DNA from: Raillietiella orientalis
Lineage: Eukaryota
Length of the DNA: 64,000 nt
Assembly (NCBI GenBank): GCA_036172245.1
Contig: JAYWIR010000005.1
Location: 806,001-870,000 of the forward strand
Reading direction: 5' to 3'
The translations under genes were made by a program, and so were the position numbers. The stretch's first letter is position 1; every line of letters begins with the position of its first letter. Below, piece by piece: positions 1-13,700 of the stretch. The notes beneath the pieces are model-generated. The model had not been told where the DNA came from. It ran no database searches and was given only the letters and a program-made list of their open reading frames with translations.

Positions 1-3000
1 CAGGGGGAAAGTGCGCGTCCCCGTCTCTCAGGGCAACGGAGGAGGGATGGGGGGGAACTCCGAGGCATTTGCAGCGGAGCGCGCCGCCGCAGCGAGGCGG
101 GGTGGTTTCTTGGATAGCGGCCAGAGGGCCAGAGCGCGCGCGAGTCACGAGGGATTCTGGATCTGCGCAGGCCACTCCTGGGCTCCGGCTAGGCCACACC
201 TCTGAGCCCGGGCGGACTCCTTCGCTCCGGCGGCGGTCCGCAGCCGCCCGAGTTTTCGGAGAAGACCGTTTGCGGTTACTCTCTCGTCCTCGGTCTCTGG
301 ACGCCACCGGCGACGAGGACACGCTCCTGCTGGTGCCAAGAAGCCCATGAGAGAGTGACGAAGGACGGCATCCCGTTGCCGCGGCGACGTGAGCGAGCGG
401 AGTTTCTTCCTTGGTTCCGCCGCTTCCCGCCAGGGACGATGGGGAGGAATGTTGGGAGGTCGTCCTCCTCCCTGCAGCTCAGCGCCGGTCAAGGAGTGGC
501 ACAGAAGCATCTCCGCCCCCATCCTCGCATCGCCATCCAGTTCGGAGCGGCACTGTCCCTCCCGGGGGATGGCTCCGCACCCCTTCCCGGCCTCTCGGGA
601 GTTCCCGGCTTACTTTAGGGAGCTGCCCGGCAGATCCCTGAATTCCTCCGGGGAAGAAAGGAGGGGGAGAGGTGCGGCGGAAGGACGCCCGGGGCAACCG
701 TCTCCCCTACGTCGTCGTTACGGCCCCGTCCCGTGAGCTGCGGGACGAGGGGAACCGGCGCGCGCGCGCGCCCACAGAACGCCCGTCGTCCGTGGCGGAA
801 ACTGCGCTCATGCTCGCTGCCGCCCTCGGCTGTCTGCGGGGAGGCTGAGGGACGAGGCGTGGGGGATTTTCGGACGCATCTGTACCCTCCCCCCATCCCC
901 GCACGGATCACAGTCCGAGGGGGAAAGCGCGGAGGGGGGGCTGCCATTCGCGGGGGCGAGACGGACAGACGAGCGGTCACAGAACAGGCCGCGTGATTCG
1001 AAGCCGGACGCTGCCCCGTCACCGCGGGAGACCTCTCGGGGGAGGATGAAAAGGGGAAGCGGAAATTTCCTTTGACATCTCAAGAAGGCGACGGACGATC
1101 TCCGCTCCCGACTGTTCAGCATCGACGATGCGATCTTCAGGAGAGCTGAGAGGAGCGCCCTTTCCTCTCCCCCTTTGCTCGCATCCGGCCAGAGAGTCAG
1201 CGGCTGCCCGGTGAAGCGAGCGTTGCCGTCTCCAAGCGACGAGTCCCGGGGGCTTGCCGCCGCGGGCCACTGTCTCATCCTCGAACCCAGGAGCTATCTG
1301 ACCCTACTCCACCCGCTCCTTCCCTTCTGGAGGGAACAACCTCGGTGGGGCGCAATTCTTTTTCCCTCCCTTCCCTCCCTCTCCCCGAGATGGACTCGTC
1401 CGCGCACATGCGTGGGAGGTCCGTCGCAGCCGCCACCGCTCTCGCCTCGTGTGGCAAAGGGGCAGGGGCCTCCCCGTCCCCCTACTTCATCCTGAGCGCC
1501 GTCCTGCCGGGTGGGAGGCGAGCCCCAGCCCTTCCGAGGGAGGGAGAGGGAGGAGAAGGACGCGCTTGGAGGGGGACCTTCTGGAGAGACCGACCCCACC
1601 CCGAGTCAATGCCCGACGCCGCTTCCCGCCAGAGGGCAGAGGAGGGTCCGGGGGAGACCGCATGGGGACGACAGAGTCCCGGAAGAAGAAGACGCAGGCC
1701 TCCTGTCACCCCTAGTTACCGGAAGGAAGGTTTCGACGGAACGGCCGACTGACACTCTCCGCGGTGGTTGAGCAGCTCTCGTGGGGTCACGCCCCGGCGA
1801 GAAGGCGCCGATCCCGGGTCGTGGCATGAGAGGCGCGAGTGAGAGAAACGTCTCTCTTTCTTGGTTCCCATCCACTTCCTTCTCGTTACCTGGAGACGAG
1901 GAACTTTTTCCACTGCTTCCTTCTGTGCATCGCGGGGCGAAGGCGGCTGCAGGAATGGGAACGCTCGGGAGCGCGGCAGGAGTTCCCGAAACGCGCGCCT
2001 CTTCCTCCCGTGTTGCTCGCGTTGCCTAGGCGACACTGCCCCCCACCCCACCGCTCTCCTCGCTGCGAGCAGACGAGCGCGTGGGGGTGGCGCCTCGCCG
2101 CGAACAGACGAGGAGGCAGAATAAGGAACAGGGCAGCTGAAGATGGCGGCGGTGGAGGTGGCGCCGACCGGCTGAGCTGCCGCTGCGCGGCCGGAGAGCC
2201 CTCGAGGGCGAGGGCGCGAGACCGGTGCTGGGGACGAAAAGTTCCGCCTGTCCAGGGCGCGCCACAGGGAGCGTGGGGAGGGGGGTGGGGTGGTTCTCGT
2301 CCCGGAGGGAGCACCGGCAGCCGTCCTGGAGCCGGTGGGCCTTGCTGACCTTCCGGTGTCCGCCCTTGCGAGGCGGGAAGGGATGGTCGCTTCCCGATGT
2401 CCTCTGCCGGCCCGAGCGGCGCAGCGCCATCCCCAGGCCTCTCGGAACCGCAATCCGGGCGCCCGCCCCCTCTCCCTCTTTCCACCCTGGTCCTGCGCTG
2501 TCGCCCTCGTCCCCGGTGCGAGTACCCTCTCGCGACTGTGACCTGCGAGGAGGCGGAAGGGGGTTGCTGAGGCGACGGAAGCTCTTCCTCCCGCTCTTCT
2601 ACGACCTGAAACGCCCAAGCGGTGTGCCCTCCCTTCACTCCCAAGCGGTGCGGCCGGAGAGGTCCGAGGGCTCTGGTGCCGGAGGAGATGCGGGTGGCCT
2701 CTCGGGTCTCCTCCCTTTCGTAGCCTCCTCACGGAAGAGCGTCGCCACCGGCTGGCTGGCGGCGCTCATCCTCGCCGGGAGGGGGAGGGACGGGGAGAGG
2801 GGAGAGGAGTCCACCCATGTCCTCCATGCCACTGACCCCGTGAGCGCCCCTGGTCCATGCCGAGAGATGCGGTCTGCCCTCAGAGGGGCGCCTGCAAGGA
2901 GCCTACCCGTTTCCCTGACTCCCGGGAGGGACCAGCAAGGACGTCCCCCCCTCCCGTTCGCTTCAGGAGAGAACTCGTCCGGACCGGGGTGCAGCTGTCA

Positions 3001-4508
3001 CAGCTGCTCCCCCTGACGCGCGCCGGAGCGAAGTCTCCCTGCCTGACCGGTGAGGCGGGGACTCGCGCGCCGCACTGCGCAACGGGGAAGCTCACCGACT
3101 CTCTCTCCTCCTCGCCCCCCCCCTTTCTCCCGGCAGTTTTCCGCCGCTTGCCTCAGCTATCTGGGAGGACTCCACTCCGCGCGCCTCTGTCTGCCTGCGG
3201 GAGGGTCGCTGCTGCCTTCTTCCTCCGGAGATCCTCGCCGCGCCTCTGTGGCCGAGAGGGTCGGGTCCTCTCCGCGCGCCACGGTTCCTCCTCGCCACAT
3301 CTGCCGCTTCGCGCGCGGTCATGCGGGACAACGGGACGCTGGCGTCCCTCCGCGGGGTGGACGAGGGGAGGAACCCTGCCTGACTCTCGATCGACCGTCT
3401 GCCGGTTAGGGGAAGAGGCGTCGGCGTCCGGAGCGCATCCGCCCAACCCCATTAGCGAAATTAATGCTTTCGCCTTTCGTTGTTGTTGCTGTTTTTTCTT
3501 TCTTTTCTTCTTCTTCTTCTTTCCATTTTTTGCTTCTCCTTCCTTTTTTTCTTCCCTTTTCTTCTCTCTCTTTTGTTTTTTTTTTCTCTTCCTTTTTTTC
3601 CCCTGCTTTCTCGTCCTGCGACCGAAGGCGAGCAAGGCGCGTCCGTCCTCCGTCACGTGACAACAACACGTGCGGGGAGGCGAGCACCTCCCCCCGTTTC
3701 TCGTGCCCGCGTGTCGTTCGCGTGCAGCCGCCGCGAAGCTCCTCGCCTCCTCCTTTGACTCGAGGGAAGGGGGAGCAAAGGGAGGGAGCAGAAAAGTCTT
3801 TTCCTCCTCTCCCCGTTTTCGTTTCCTGCCTGAGCGGAGGACGCGCGACGTGGCGAAGGGCGCAGGCGGGGTAGTGGGGGGAAGGGGTAACAGGATGCTT
3901 GCCCGAATCTTCCTGCAGAGTACGCGCGCAAAGGCGCCGGAGGCGGGTAGGTGAGCGAGCGGGAGGGGGGGAGGGGACGGGTGCGCCCGTACCAGATGAG
4001 AGCCCCCTCGCCTCCGCCTGCTCTCGGCATCTGAGCTGCGCGCGTGTCGCGAGCAGGCGGCGGCGTCAGCTTCCCTGCGCGGCCGCCTCTTGCGCTGCGG
4101 CGGCCGCCGTCGTCGGCGAGACGCCACGCCACTCGCTGCTTCAGCTCGGCGGTGATCGCACGTCGTCGTTGTCGCCGCGTCCGCGCCGCTGCCCGTAGCC
4201 GTCGCGGCACCTCGGCCAGCAGCAGCCAGCCGTGCCGGGAGAGCTTGGGACCGCCCACGTTCGTGACTCGCCCAGCCGCCGGCTCGCCCGCGCCTGTGCG
4301 GCCGCGGTTCCTTCGCCCGGGAAGAGGGCAAGCCCCTCCCTCCCTCCTTTCCGGCTGGTGCCACCCTCCTTCCCACGCAGCGGCAGCCGCCCCGGAAGCG
4401 CCCTCCTCTCTTCCTCCTCCCCCTCCCTGCCGGCTTCCCCCGGTTCGTCGTCTCCGCCTCCCCACCTCCGGCCCATTTTCGTCACCCCTTTCTCCCCCCT
4501 CCCCCCAG

Positions 4509-4564
4509 CTCCGGCGGCGAGCGCCCCGGGACTCCTGACGCAGTAGCGTCGCCGCCCGTCGACC
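4509..4564 (+). other. Probable spliced 5' UTR portion of integrin exon 1 (non-coding exon upstream)
   Basis: Pyrimidine tract ending ccccccag at 4508 (alternative ctgacgcag at 4543); candidate upstream donor tag|gtgagc at 3951. Confidence 0.35.
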
Positions 4565-4725
4565 ATGGCGCTGGTCGCAACGGCCGCAGCGATCCTCCTG
4601 GCGTGCCTGCGGGCGCCCGGCGGCGCCTTCAACCTGGACGAGCGCAGCGCCCTCGTACACCGCGGCCCCGAGGGCTCCATGTTCGGGTTTGCCGTGTCCC
4701 AGCACACTGACCAAGGAAAGAGCTG
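4565..4725 (+). CDS. if: Integrin alpha exon 1: signal peptide and start of propeller
   Basis: gacc[57 protein letters not shown](W); donor TG|gtgagt. Confidence 0.93.
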
Positions 4726-7700
4726 GTGAGTCTCTCCCCCTTTCTCTTTCGCGCTCCCGGTCCGCCTCCCTCACCTCCCTCCGGGGGTGCCCCGTCCCCC
4801 TTCCTTCGAGTGCGCTTCGTCCTGCCGGCCCAGGAGCGGGAAGGGTCAACGAAGCTTCCGGGAAGCGTCTTTGCCTTCCTGTCCCCGGCCCGTAAGACCG
4901 GAGGAGTCCCGAAGGTGCGCGCGCAGACGCCGTCCCTCGACCTCGAGAGGGCTGCAGTTCTCCGGGGTGTCCTCCTGCGCGCACCACGGGCGGAGGGGGT
5001 CCCGTTTGCGGCCTGCCTCAGATGTCCTCGGGGTGGGCGGGAGGTTCAGCAGCCCCGCGTTCCTCCCAGGAGCTGGGAAGTCGGCGCGCACAGCTGTGCA
5101 CAGCTCTTTGTGGCTCCTGGGGCTGAGCAAGGGCCGAGCCAGCGGTCGCCTTCGTCTTCAGTGGGAGTCGACGGCCCGGTCCGCGCGCGCAGGCGCCTGG
5201 AGCTTACGCGGCGACCTTCCTTCCGTTCAAAATGGTCCATCGCAAAACCCGTGCAAGGCAGTCGAGCCTCCTCCCCTCCCCCGCCATATGCGCCGCTCCT
5301 TCCCGTGGCGCGGAAGTGGACCGCCGTGCGCAGCGCACGCGGAAGCCTCTGCTGCCTGCCTGCTTCGCTCCCTCCCGGGGGTCTCAAAGCCCCGCGTGGA
5401 CTCTCTGCGGACTTGCTCCCCCCCTCACCCACCCACACTCGCTCGCTCGCGCGCGTGCTGCAAGTGCTTAGCCCCACGTTTGCTTTCCTTGGAGGGAAAG
5501 GGAAGGTCAAAAGGAAGGAACGAAGGCAAGGAAGAAGAGGAAGAAAGAAGGAATTTTCCTGCGGCGCTGGAACCGCGGAAGCGTGCCGCATCCCTTCTGA
5601 GGAATCGTCCGTCCTCCGTCCGATGCACATTTGCGGCAGAGGGTCGGCACCGGGCAGCTTCGGTTCTTGCTGAAGGCGTCTAACCGAGCCGGGAAAACAT
5701 TTTTCGCATTCGGCACTTTTCGCATTCGTGCCAGGGGGGGCAGTTTGCCTGTCAGGACAGCGGGCAACGTGATGGTACGCGTGCCATCGGATGACACGCG
5801 CGGTTGCATACGCGGTCGGAGTTGGCGCACTGCCCTCACCGGTGTCGATTGCGTAAACAAATTGTAGTACACAGCTTGCGGTACGGTGGGCTGTGTCGTT
5901 TCAGCAGCACCAAAAGTCGTAATCAGATGTCCAAACTGAAATGGTTTATGGAAGCTTTAACAACAATAATAAAAATACAACTGTACAACAGAGTAAGTAT
6001 GTACTCGAGTCAGCCTCGCAAGCTTGCAGAGCAGCAAACGGGGTCACTTGTTCCCAATCAACAAATTTCCTTTTTATGTAGCAGGTACAGCACTTGTCGC
6101 TATAATTCCCAGTGTGTGACTTTTTGTACGGGGTTCGCCATCAACGTACGGTAAGCGTGTGGCACCTGAGGTTTTCGCGCGCAATCAACCCCAGTCCACA
6201 AGAGTTACGGGTTTCGGATTTCCATGTTGGTTTGGGATCCCTGCTCTCCTTTGCTGGCACGTGTCGGAAGCTTTGCCTCCATTGTTGTCTCCATTGCGGT
6301 GCGCGACCCAGGGATGCCACGTTTTTTCGGATCAAGCCCCTGACTAATTGCGCTTCTTGTAGACTGTAAAGCGTGTATAATTTGTAAACGTGTCTTGGGG
6401 ATATGCCCCTCCCCCCCCCACTTCTCATTTGTAAGAATTTCTTCTCAAGCAAGGTTTTTAAGGCAGTGTAATGGTATGTAGGTTAATTCTGTCTAAGGGT
6501 TGAGGATTCGCTTAATCTTAAGTTATTATCTTTGGAAAGTTTCCGTTTTCTTTTTTTCCTGCAGTGTCAGCGCGAATGGTAGCATTCATCGAAATGATTC
6601 AAAAGATGTGCTTTCGCTCTGAGGGAAGTTTTCAAGGTATGTTGCCAATAAGTTTTTCGAATACCTTGAATTTGTCAGAATCAGCTGAAAGTATGGGTAT
6701 GAAATAAAGCACGAAGATTGGGTGTGTGTTTTCCCCTTCTTCCTCTCTCTCTTTCCCTGTTTGATTTTCCCAGAGGCTTAATTTATATCGAAATTTGAAA
6801 GAGAAAAAAAGGGGGGGGGAGGAAGAGAAGAAAGTAGCGGCTCACTGCAGGTCTTTGTACGGGACTGCCTGTGCCAAATCCGCATCACGAACCTTTCCTT
6901 TACGTGGCTCACGAAAAGAACACTCCAGTATCTTTTCTTCAACACGAAAGTTTATGATTTCGTTGGAATTCGTTTCCCTTGATCATCGAGGAAGTTTCCT
7001 TAACCGTCGTCATTATTGAAGATTTCGAAGATAATCCTTTCCTTTCATTTACTGTCCCGAAAAATACTCTCGGGCATCGGGAGCAGCTGCCTCACTTTAT
7101 TACGGAAAGGCACGAAGCACACGGAACGCCTCTCAGTGAGCGAGTTTTCTGGAAGTTTTCGCCGGATAGCTTTCCTTTCGCTCGGCTGCGCCCGTTTTCA
7201 CGGAATTCGGGGACTTCCCGCGCGCGCGCTCCTCTCCTTGGGAAACGGTCGCGTGAGGTGGCCGAAGGAGGGAGAAACTGCAGGGCAGGAGGGGAGGGGG
7301 GGGGTTCCACTTCCAGGGTTCGTGCCGTGCGCCCACTTGCTGTGCCATCTTCCTTCCGCTGCCCTGTGGAGCAACTGCGACGGACGGGTTGCCCGGAACC
7401 TTTCCTCAGATGCTGCTTCACTTTCTCGGAGCGCACTGATTAGACCTTCTGAGAATTTTTGTGCATACAATGGGACGTTTTTCCTCTTAATGGCCGCGCC
7501 TTTCCCTTCCGCCCATTTTACGAGTAGGGAGCTTAAGTTTCGCCTCAATTTGCATGCGGAGGTGCTTCGGGAAAGTCTGCCGCGCGCGCTCTGATTTTTT
7601 CCTCCCTATTGTTCTGCCAGTTGCGGGATAGAAAACAAAACGAAAGCAAACACAAATACAACAAAACAAAACCAGGGGGGGAGAAGGGGGGGGAGTTTTT

Positions 7701-10700
7701 TTTTGCTTCTTCTTCCTCGCTGTTGTTGTTTTCGCGTCTCTTCCTCGCTTTCTTGCAGTGCGTCCGGGTGGGGAGTTCTTGACCGCAGATCGCCGCGGCG
7801 GTTCGTCTTCGGGGAGGCTTTTTTTTCCCTTCTTTTATTCTCTGCCATAGGAGTGGAAAGCCTGGCGGAACGCTCACCTCGAAGACGATGACGCGCTTCC
7901 TGTGTTTCGCGACGCCGCCGCTTCGCGGAACCGCGGTCCGTCCGACGAGTTCGGAGAGCGCGCGCTGCGGCTGCTAATTGCCGCGAATGGACTGACGTGC
8001 AGGTGTGAATCGATACGCCGCCGCGGCGGAAGGTCCATTCTTTTCCGAGGTGGCGCCGGGGGCATCGGGAAACTTTTCCTTCTTTTTTCCCCTCCCCGGC
8101 CCGAGCACAGGATCGTCTCGGTCCGGGGCGGACGTTCCTGCGCGTGGTTTCGTTTCCTCCTCCTCCTCCGGCTGCTTCGGGAGGAGGGGTCGGCGCTCGG
8201 GCGAGGGAAAGCGGCTGCCACCCACTCGCGCGATGCAAACCCTCGGGCCCGTAACCTTCCTCTTCCCTCCCCCCCCCCCTCTCCCTCCCACCGCATTTGG
8301 CAGCACTCCACCCAGCAGCCTCCTTTCGGCGGCGGCCGGTTTTCGGGCTCCCAGCGCGGGCGGGCGCCGGGGAGCCCACGACCGGATGCCGACCGGTTCG
8401 CGTCCCTCCCCCGCGTGCGAGCGAGCGACTCGCCCGGAGTCGCACGGCAGGTCGACTGGCGGCGGCACGCGCTCTCTCTTGGCGCACGCGTTTCGTTGTC
8501 GGTCCCTCGGGCTGCGTCGCGCCCTCGAAAGAACACCGTGGTCCAGCTGGTGGTGGAAGAGAGAGGAAGTCAGCCAGGAAGACTGGCGCGGAATGCTGGG
8601 AGCGCTGCTCGCGACCCGGGTTCGCGCAGGTTTCCCAGAATTCCGCCGCTCGCCTCAGCGCTCGACTTTCGAGGAGGGGGGAGGGGTGTTGCAGGCGTTC
8701 GCCCCTGCTCCGCGAGTCGCTCCGGTGGCGACCTCTGTGCGGTCCTGCCGATCTGCCGGTCGTCGTCGCTAGGTGGAAGGAAGGACAGGTGGCGCTCGGC
8801 GAACGCCAGCGCGGACCGACCCGCTGCAGGGGCGAGGTCGCAGCCGCTCGTCCCCCCCCCCTCCTCCCCCCTCCCCTCGGCCGCCCGAAAGTCGAGTCGA
8901 GCCGGTGAGCCTTTCCCCGCCGAAAGAGTCTCCGGCGCCGTTCGCTCCTCCTCTTCTCCGTCTGCGCCGCGCCGCCGCCGCGGCTGTGCAGGCGCGCGCC
9001 CGTGCAGCTCGCGCACCCAGCAGCTCATCGCGCGGTGGAGACAGGAGAGGTCTCTGGGGCACCAGGGTGGTCCGAGGCCTTTATTTTTTCATCCTTCGGA
9101 GCTTTCACTCTGGAAGCGGGTGGGCGGGCGCTCCAGTTTGTTCCTCCCGATGTCCTCAAAAGGCACCCTGGGCGTGTTTCTTCTTTTCTTTCTTCTTCGT
9201 GCGTGTTTTTTTCCCCCCACTGCGCGGGTGCATTTCCGAGCCCGACCACCAGGATGCGCTCCAAGTCGCCGCGCCTCCGCCGCCTTCTATTTCGGGAGCG
9301 AATCGCAAGTTCGGAGGGAGGGAGGGCGTCCCAAAAGTGTGTGCCGATGACCCAGTTCGCTAAATAGGTCGAACCTGTTCACCCATTGGTTTGGGGAGAT
9401 CGGAGGGGGACCGGGGAGTAGGGATGCGCAGCTGTTCTGGAGGAGGCGGCCCGTCGGGCGGGATTAAGGGAAGGGGCTCGCGAGGGATTGCGTGCGACTC
9501 CGCAAGGGGAGAGTGCGCTTCCTCATGGGACGCCCGCCGTTCTTGCCCGCGGGGCCCGCCCTTGAGCGTGGCAGTCGGCGCCGCTGACGCCGGCCACCTT
9601 TCCGGAAGCCTCTCTCGAGGTTGTCTGGGCGGGGATGCGCGGAACGGGGCGAGGGCCCTGGCCCGATCGGCACTCGCCTTCTTCCGTCTTTCTTTCGGCG
9701 CGAGCAGGAAGCGGTTGCCTTGCCAACGTATGTCCTCTCGCGGCCTGAAGACGCGTGCGTGCGTTACGCGCGCCCTGCGCGTCTCTTGCGCTTCGCCTCC
9801 CACCTCCTCCTCCTGCCGCCCTCGCGACTGGCAGCCAGACCAAGGCTGCAGGCGCGTGCGCACCTTCGGCCGGGCACGCGGCGTGACGGTTGCTGGCGCG
9901 CGACACGCGGGGAGCTCCGCGCCATCTTCGCGCCCCCTTCTTCTCCTCCGTCAGGAACACTCCCGGGTGCACATCCTGCGAAGCGCACGCTCCCTCTGGA
10001 GGCGTCCAACGAAGGTCACAACCCTCCTCTGCCGCCCACGACTGCAGATGACCTTGCAGAAGAAGAGAGAAAGCGGAAGCAGCAGGCGACGCCGACGCCC
10101 GCCGCTTCTGGTCTCCGCAGCAACATGCGAGCAGGCACGCTATGTCCCACGCGGGAGGCCTCGCCCCCGGTTCTCCTATTCTCTCCACCATTCTTCTTCC
10201 GTTCCCCGTCCGTTCTCCCACCGTTCCTCGTGCGTTCCTCCTCCATTCGTCGTCCATTCTCTCATTTCCTGTGCGCTCCCGTGTGCCAGTTGCTTCCTCC
10301 TACTCTTCCCCTTTCGGTTTCCTCTCAGGCCTCTCCAGGAGGCGTTCCCGCAGGATCCGTCTGCGAGGGCCCGCAGACGCATGCGCAGCCGCGTCACCCG
10401 TCTGGCCTCTCGCTCCTCTGCCGCAGACGCGACGCCCTCCCTGCTGCATCTGGTCACAGAGTCGGCGGTGGCGGAGGATGAACATCTGCGCCTCTTCCCC
10501 CCTCCCGTCCCCTTTCCTCGCTCCCCGCCTCATCTTCCCTGCGTCCCGCGCGTACCTTATCTCTCGGTCGTCCGCGGCCCTATCGCCGGACCCCCTCGCG
10601 TCTCCCCCGATGGACCCCCACTGCTTCCTCGGATCTCCGGGAGTGCGGCGGGACTGGCTTCTCCTCCTCAGCGGCGGTCCTCCCTGACCTCCGCTGTAGG

Positions 10701-13700
10701 TTTCCGTTCGTCCTCCGCCTCAGGCAGTGCCCGCATGCTCCCCTTTCCCGGGAGAATTCGCGCGCGTTCGCGTGCCGCCTTTGTTCCTCCCGCGCGGAGC
10801 ATGCGGTCGCCGCTTCCGGCTCCTAGGCTGCCTGCGACGACGCTCTTCGTCCGCAAGGTCGCCCGCAGTTGCGGGCGGAAAAGGGGGAGGGTGTGCGAGC
10901 ATCTTCGTATACCTGACGTTGCCCGTGCCACCACCACTTCAGGGAGGGGGTGGTTGCGGCGGTTTGCGAGATTCGTTTTCCCGCCGCATGGTGCCTGCTG
11001 CCCCCCTCCGCCTACTCGCATCGTTTCCCGTCGCCCGCGGCGATTCCCAGCGCTTCGACCTTCCTCGCTGCCTACCCGCGCTCCTCCCGCACGAGGATAA
11101 TCTGGGATTTCCTGGCCCCGTGGGCGACTCTGCTGTCCCTCGCCCCCTCTCCCTCCTCCTCCTCCGCGTCCTCCCTCGCGCACATCCGCCGCCACGCGAC
11201 TGGCGGCCTTCATGGCGGCGGGCGGGAGGACGCCCCTCGCAGGAGCGCATGCAGCCACCGGACTGGGGCGGAAAATCTTTGCACGTCCACGGACTTCCTC
11301 GCCGTCTCGCTTGCAGGTCACAGGGGAACCTTTCGATCCTCAAGGCAGTTCGCTGCTCGCCCTCTCCTCCTCCCCATCCCACCCTTTTTCTACTTCTCCC
11401 CCACTACAGTTCATTCTTCTCCCATTCCTCTTCCTCCTCCACTACGCGTCTTCGTCCTCGTCTATTCCACCACCACTTCTTGTCCTTTGTCCCTTTTGTC
11501 TTTGTCCACCATTTGTCCTCTTCCTTCACCACTCTTCGTCCATTTTCCATTTCTCCATCCCTCTTCATCCATTCCTCCACTCTTCCTCCGCTATTCCGTT
11601 TCTTCACCCTTCTTCATCCATTCCTCCACTTCTCTTCGTCCATCGCTTTCCTGTTCCTCGACCACTCTTCGTCCATTCCTCGACCACCCTTCCTATGGTT
11701 CGCTCGTCGGCTCGGTTTGCAGTTGCCCCGTGGCCGTCTTCTTCATCCGCCACCTCCGGGTCGACAGAGCTGCGAGGCCCGCTGCGCCGCCTCCTCCCTC
11801 ACCTTCCCGAAGTCCATCGTATCCGTACGCTGGCGTAGGGGCGCGGTTGGTGTATGCAGGCCGCCGCCTTGGCGTTACCCCTCGAGCCGCGAAACATCCG
11901 AGGGGGGCCGCTGCCTCCCCCTTGGCTCTCGCTGGTCCGCGGCCTCGCCGCTGCTGACCCGGGGCGCGGTCGGCCGACTTGCCGCAGCGCTACGCCGGTG
12001 CCTTGGCGCGCCGCGGGCCGGGCCCGCTGCAGCAGCTTCTGCGGGGGCGGCTCCGCCCTCCGGACCGCCCCTCGGCGAGCGGCCTCGAGTTGCTGGCGGG
12101 AGGCGAAGAGCCGAGCGGCCGGGGGCCGCCCGCGCTCCTCCCCGGCCGGAAGCGGCGGCAGCGCAGCGGGTGGAGAGACGTGGGCGGACGGGTGCGCGTG
12201 GGTGTTCGCGTGGGGGATGCTCGACCTCTCGCCCCTGCTCGCGGCTGCCGCTTCTCCACCCCATCGCGAGGGGGTGCAGGGGAGCCTCGTCGCGCGACGC
12301 TGCCGCTGCGCGCGCGCTGAGGCGAAAGCCACCGGCCCGCGGGCGCGGCCATCTGGTGCCCAGATGGCCTCGCCAGCTTCTCCCCCCACTTCCTGCGGCC
12401 CCGCGAGAAGGAGCAGCCGTTACCTGGTTGTTTGCTTTCCCCCGGCGTCTCCTATTTTTAGTCCGAGGGTCGGCGTGAGACTGCACCCGTGGGGGCGGCC
12501 GATGCCGATTTTTCTTTTCTTCCCCTCCCCCCCCATCTTCGTTCGTTTGATCTGGGGGGGGGGATAGGTGGGGGACCATGCCAGTTCGCGCGGTTCTTCG
12601 GCGGGAGAGGCGAAATGGCGGCGTTCCTTTCGTTCGACTGCGTCTGCGCGCGCGGACCGGCTGCGAGGAGGCTGAGGCGGCAGCTCTGCCTCGCGGGGCG
12701 GTTGACGAGTTCCTCCCCCCCTCCCCCTCCTGCGCCTGCTCTTCCAGGATTCGTCCCCTCCCTCCCCTTCCGGCCCTGCGCTTCCCTTCTGGTCTCAAGG
12801 ACAGCGTCTTCCAGCGTTCCGTCTCCTGGTGACGGAAGGGAAAGCCGGAGGGGAGGGGGGACGCGACCCCTCGGGAGCGCGAAGGCGCGTGGGCCGCAGC
12901 AGCCCTCGCAGGACAGGCCAGCGACCAATCCAGAAGAGGGCATCGCGGTGGTGACGGCGAAGGAACCCCGGAGGGCGACCCGAAAGGGTGGGGAGCTGCC
13001 GAGGGGCGCCGCGCGTCTCCTACGCGTCATCACCTGAGCGGGCAGCTGCCGCCGGTGACGGCAGCGTCATCCCTCTGTCGTCCCCGTTCCCCCGGCGGCG
13101 CGGGAATTCAGCGAGAGCGCGACCGCCTGCGCCCCCTTCCGGAAGCGAAACGCCGTGCGTAGGCGGCCGGGTCGCCTTGGATGGCGCCGCTAGGGAAGGC
13201 GCGACCCGTGCGTCATCGAATGTGGCGTGGGCGTGGCAGCGGCAGCTTCTCGAGCGCCCACGTGCGGCGGCAGCGACGGCTGGGAAGCGAGGCGGTGATG
13301 CACCAGGACGCCCACGGCAGTGGAGGAGGAGGAGCAGACGGGGTGCTCCCCTACCCTCCCCGTCGGCTGCCGGCCCCGGGGACGCTCGACCGCGGTCTCG
13401 GAGACGCCCGACATGTCCGCTCGGTTTGCGCGCGCCGCCGCTTTCCCGCCGCGGAGCCACGCTCATCCTGCCACGTCTGCCGCTTCGCGGTCTCCGCGAG
13501 GAGCTGCCACGCGCAGATTCGGGATAGGCGAGAGGGGTGGGGTCGGGAGGTGTAGTGGTGTCGTGCCCCTCCGGTTCTACCCCTTTTCACTCCGGCCGGG
13601 ACCCCTCCTGCGCCTCCTTCACTCCCGTTGCCGCCGCCGCCTTCTCAGGCAGCCGGGAGGCTGCGGATCTTTTCTGGGACGCCCGCCTCTCCCTCCCCCT

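Noticed and set aside
1..4500. ORFs upstream of the integrin
   Set aside because: No recognisable domain or consistent exon chain; low-complexity translations of GC-rich and poly-pyrimidine DNA.
7902..12798. Long ORFs in integrin intron 1 (482, 569, 583 aa, etc.)
   Set aside because: R/P/A/G/S-rich, overlapping on both strands, no motifs; expected from stop-codon scarcity in very GC-rich DNA.
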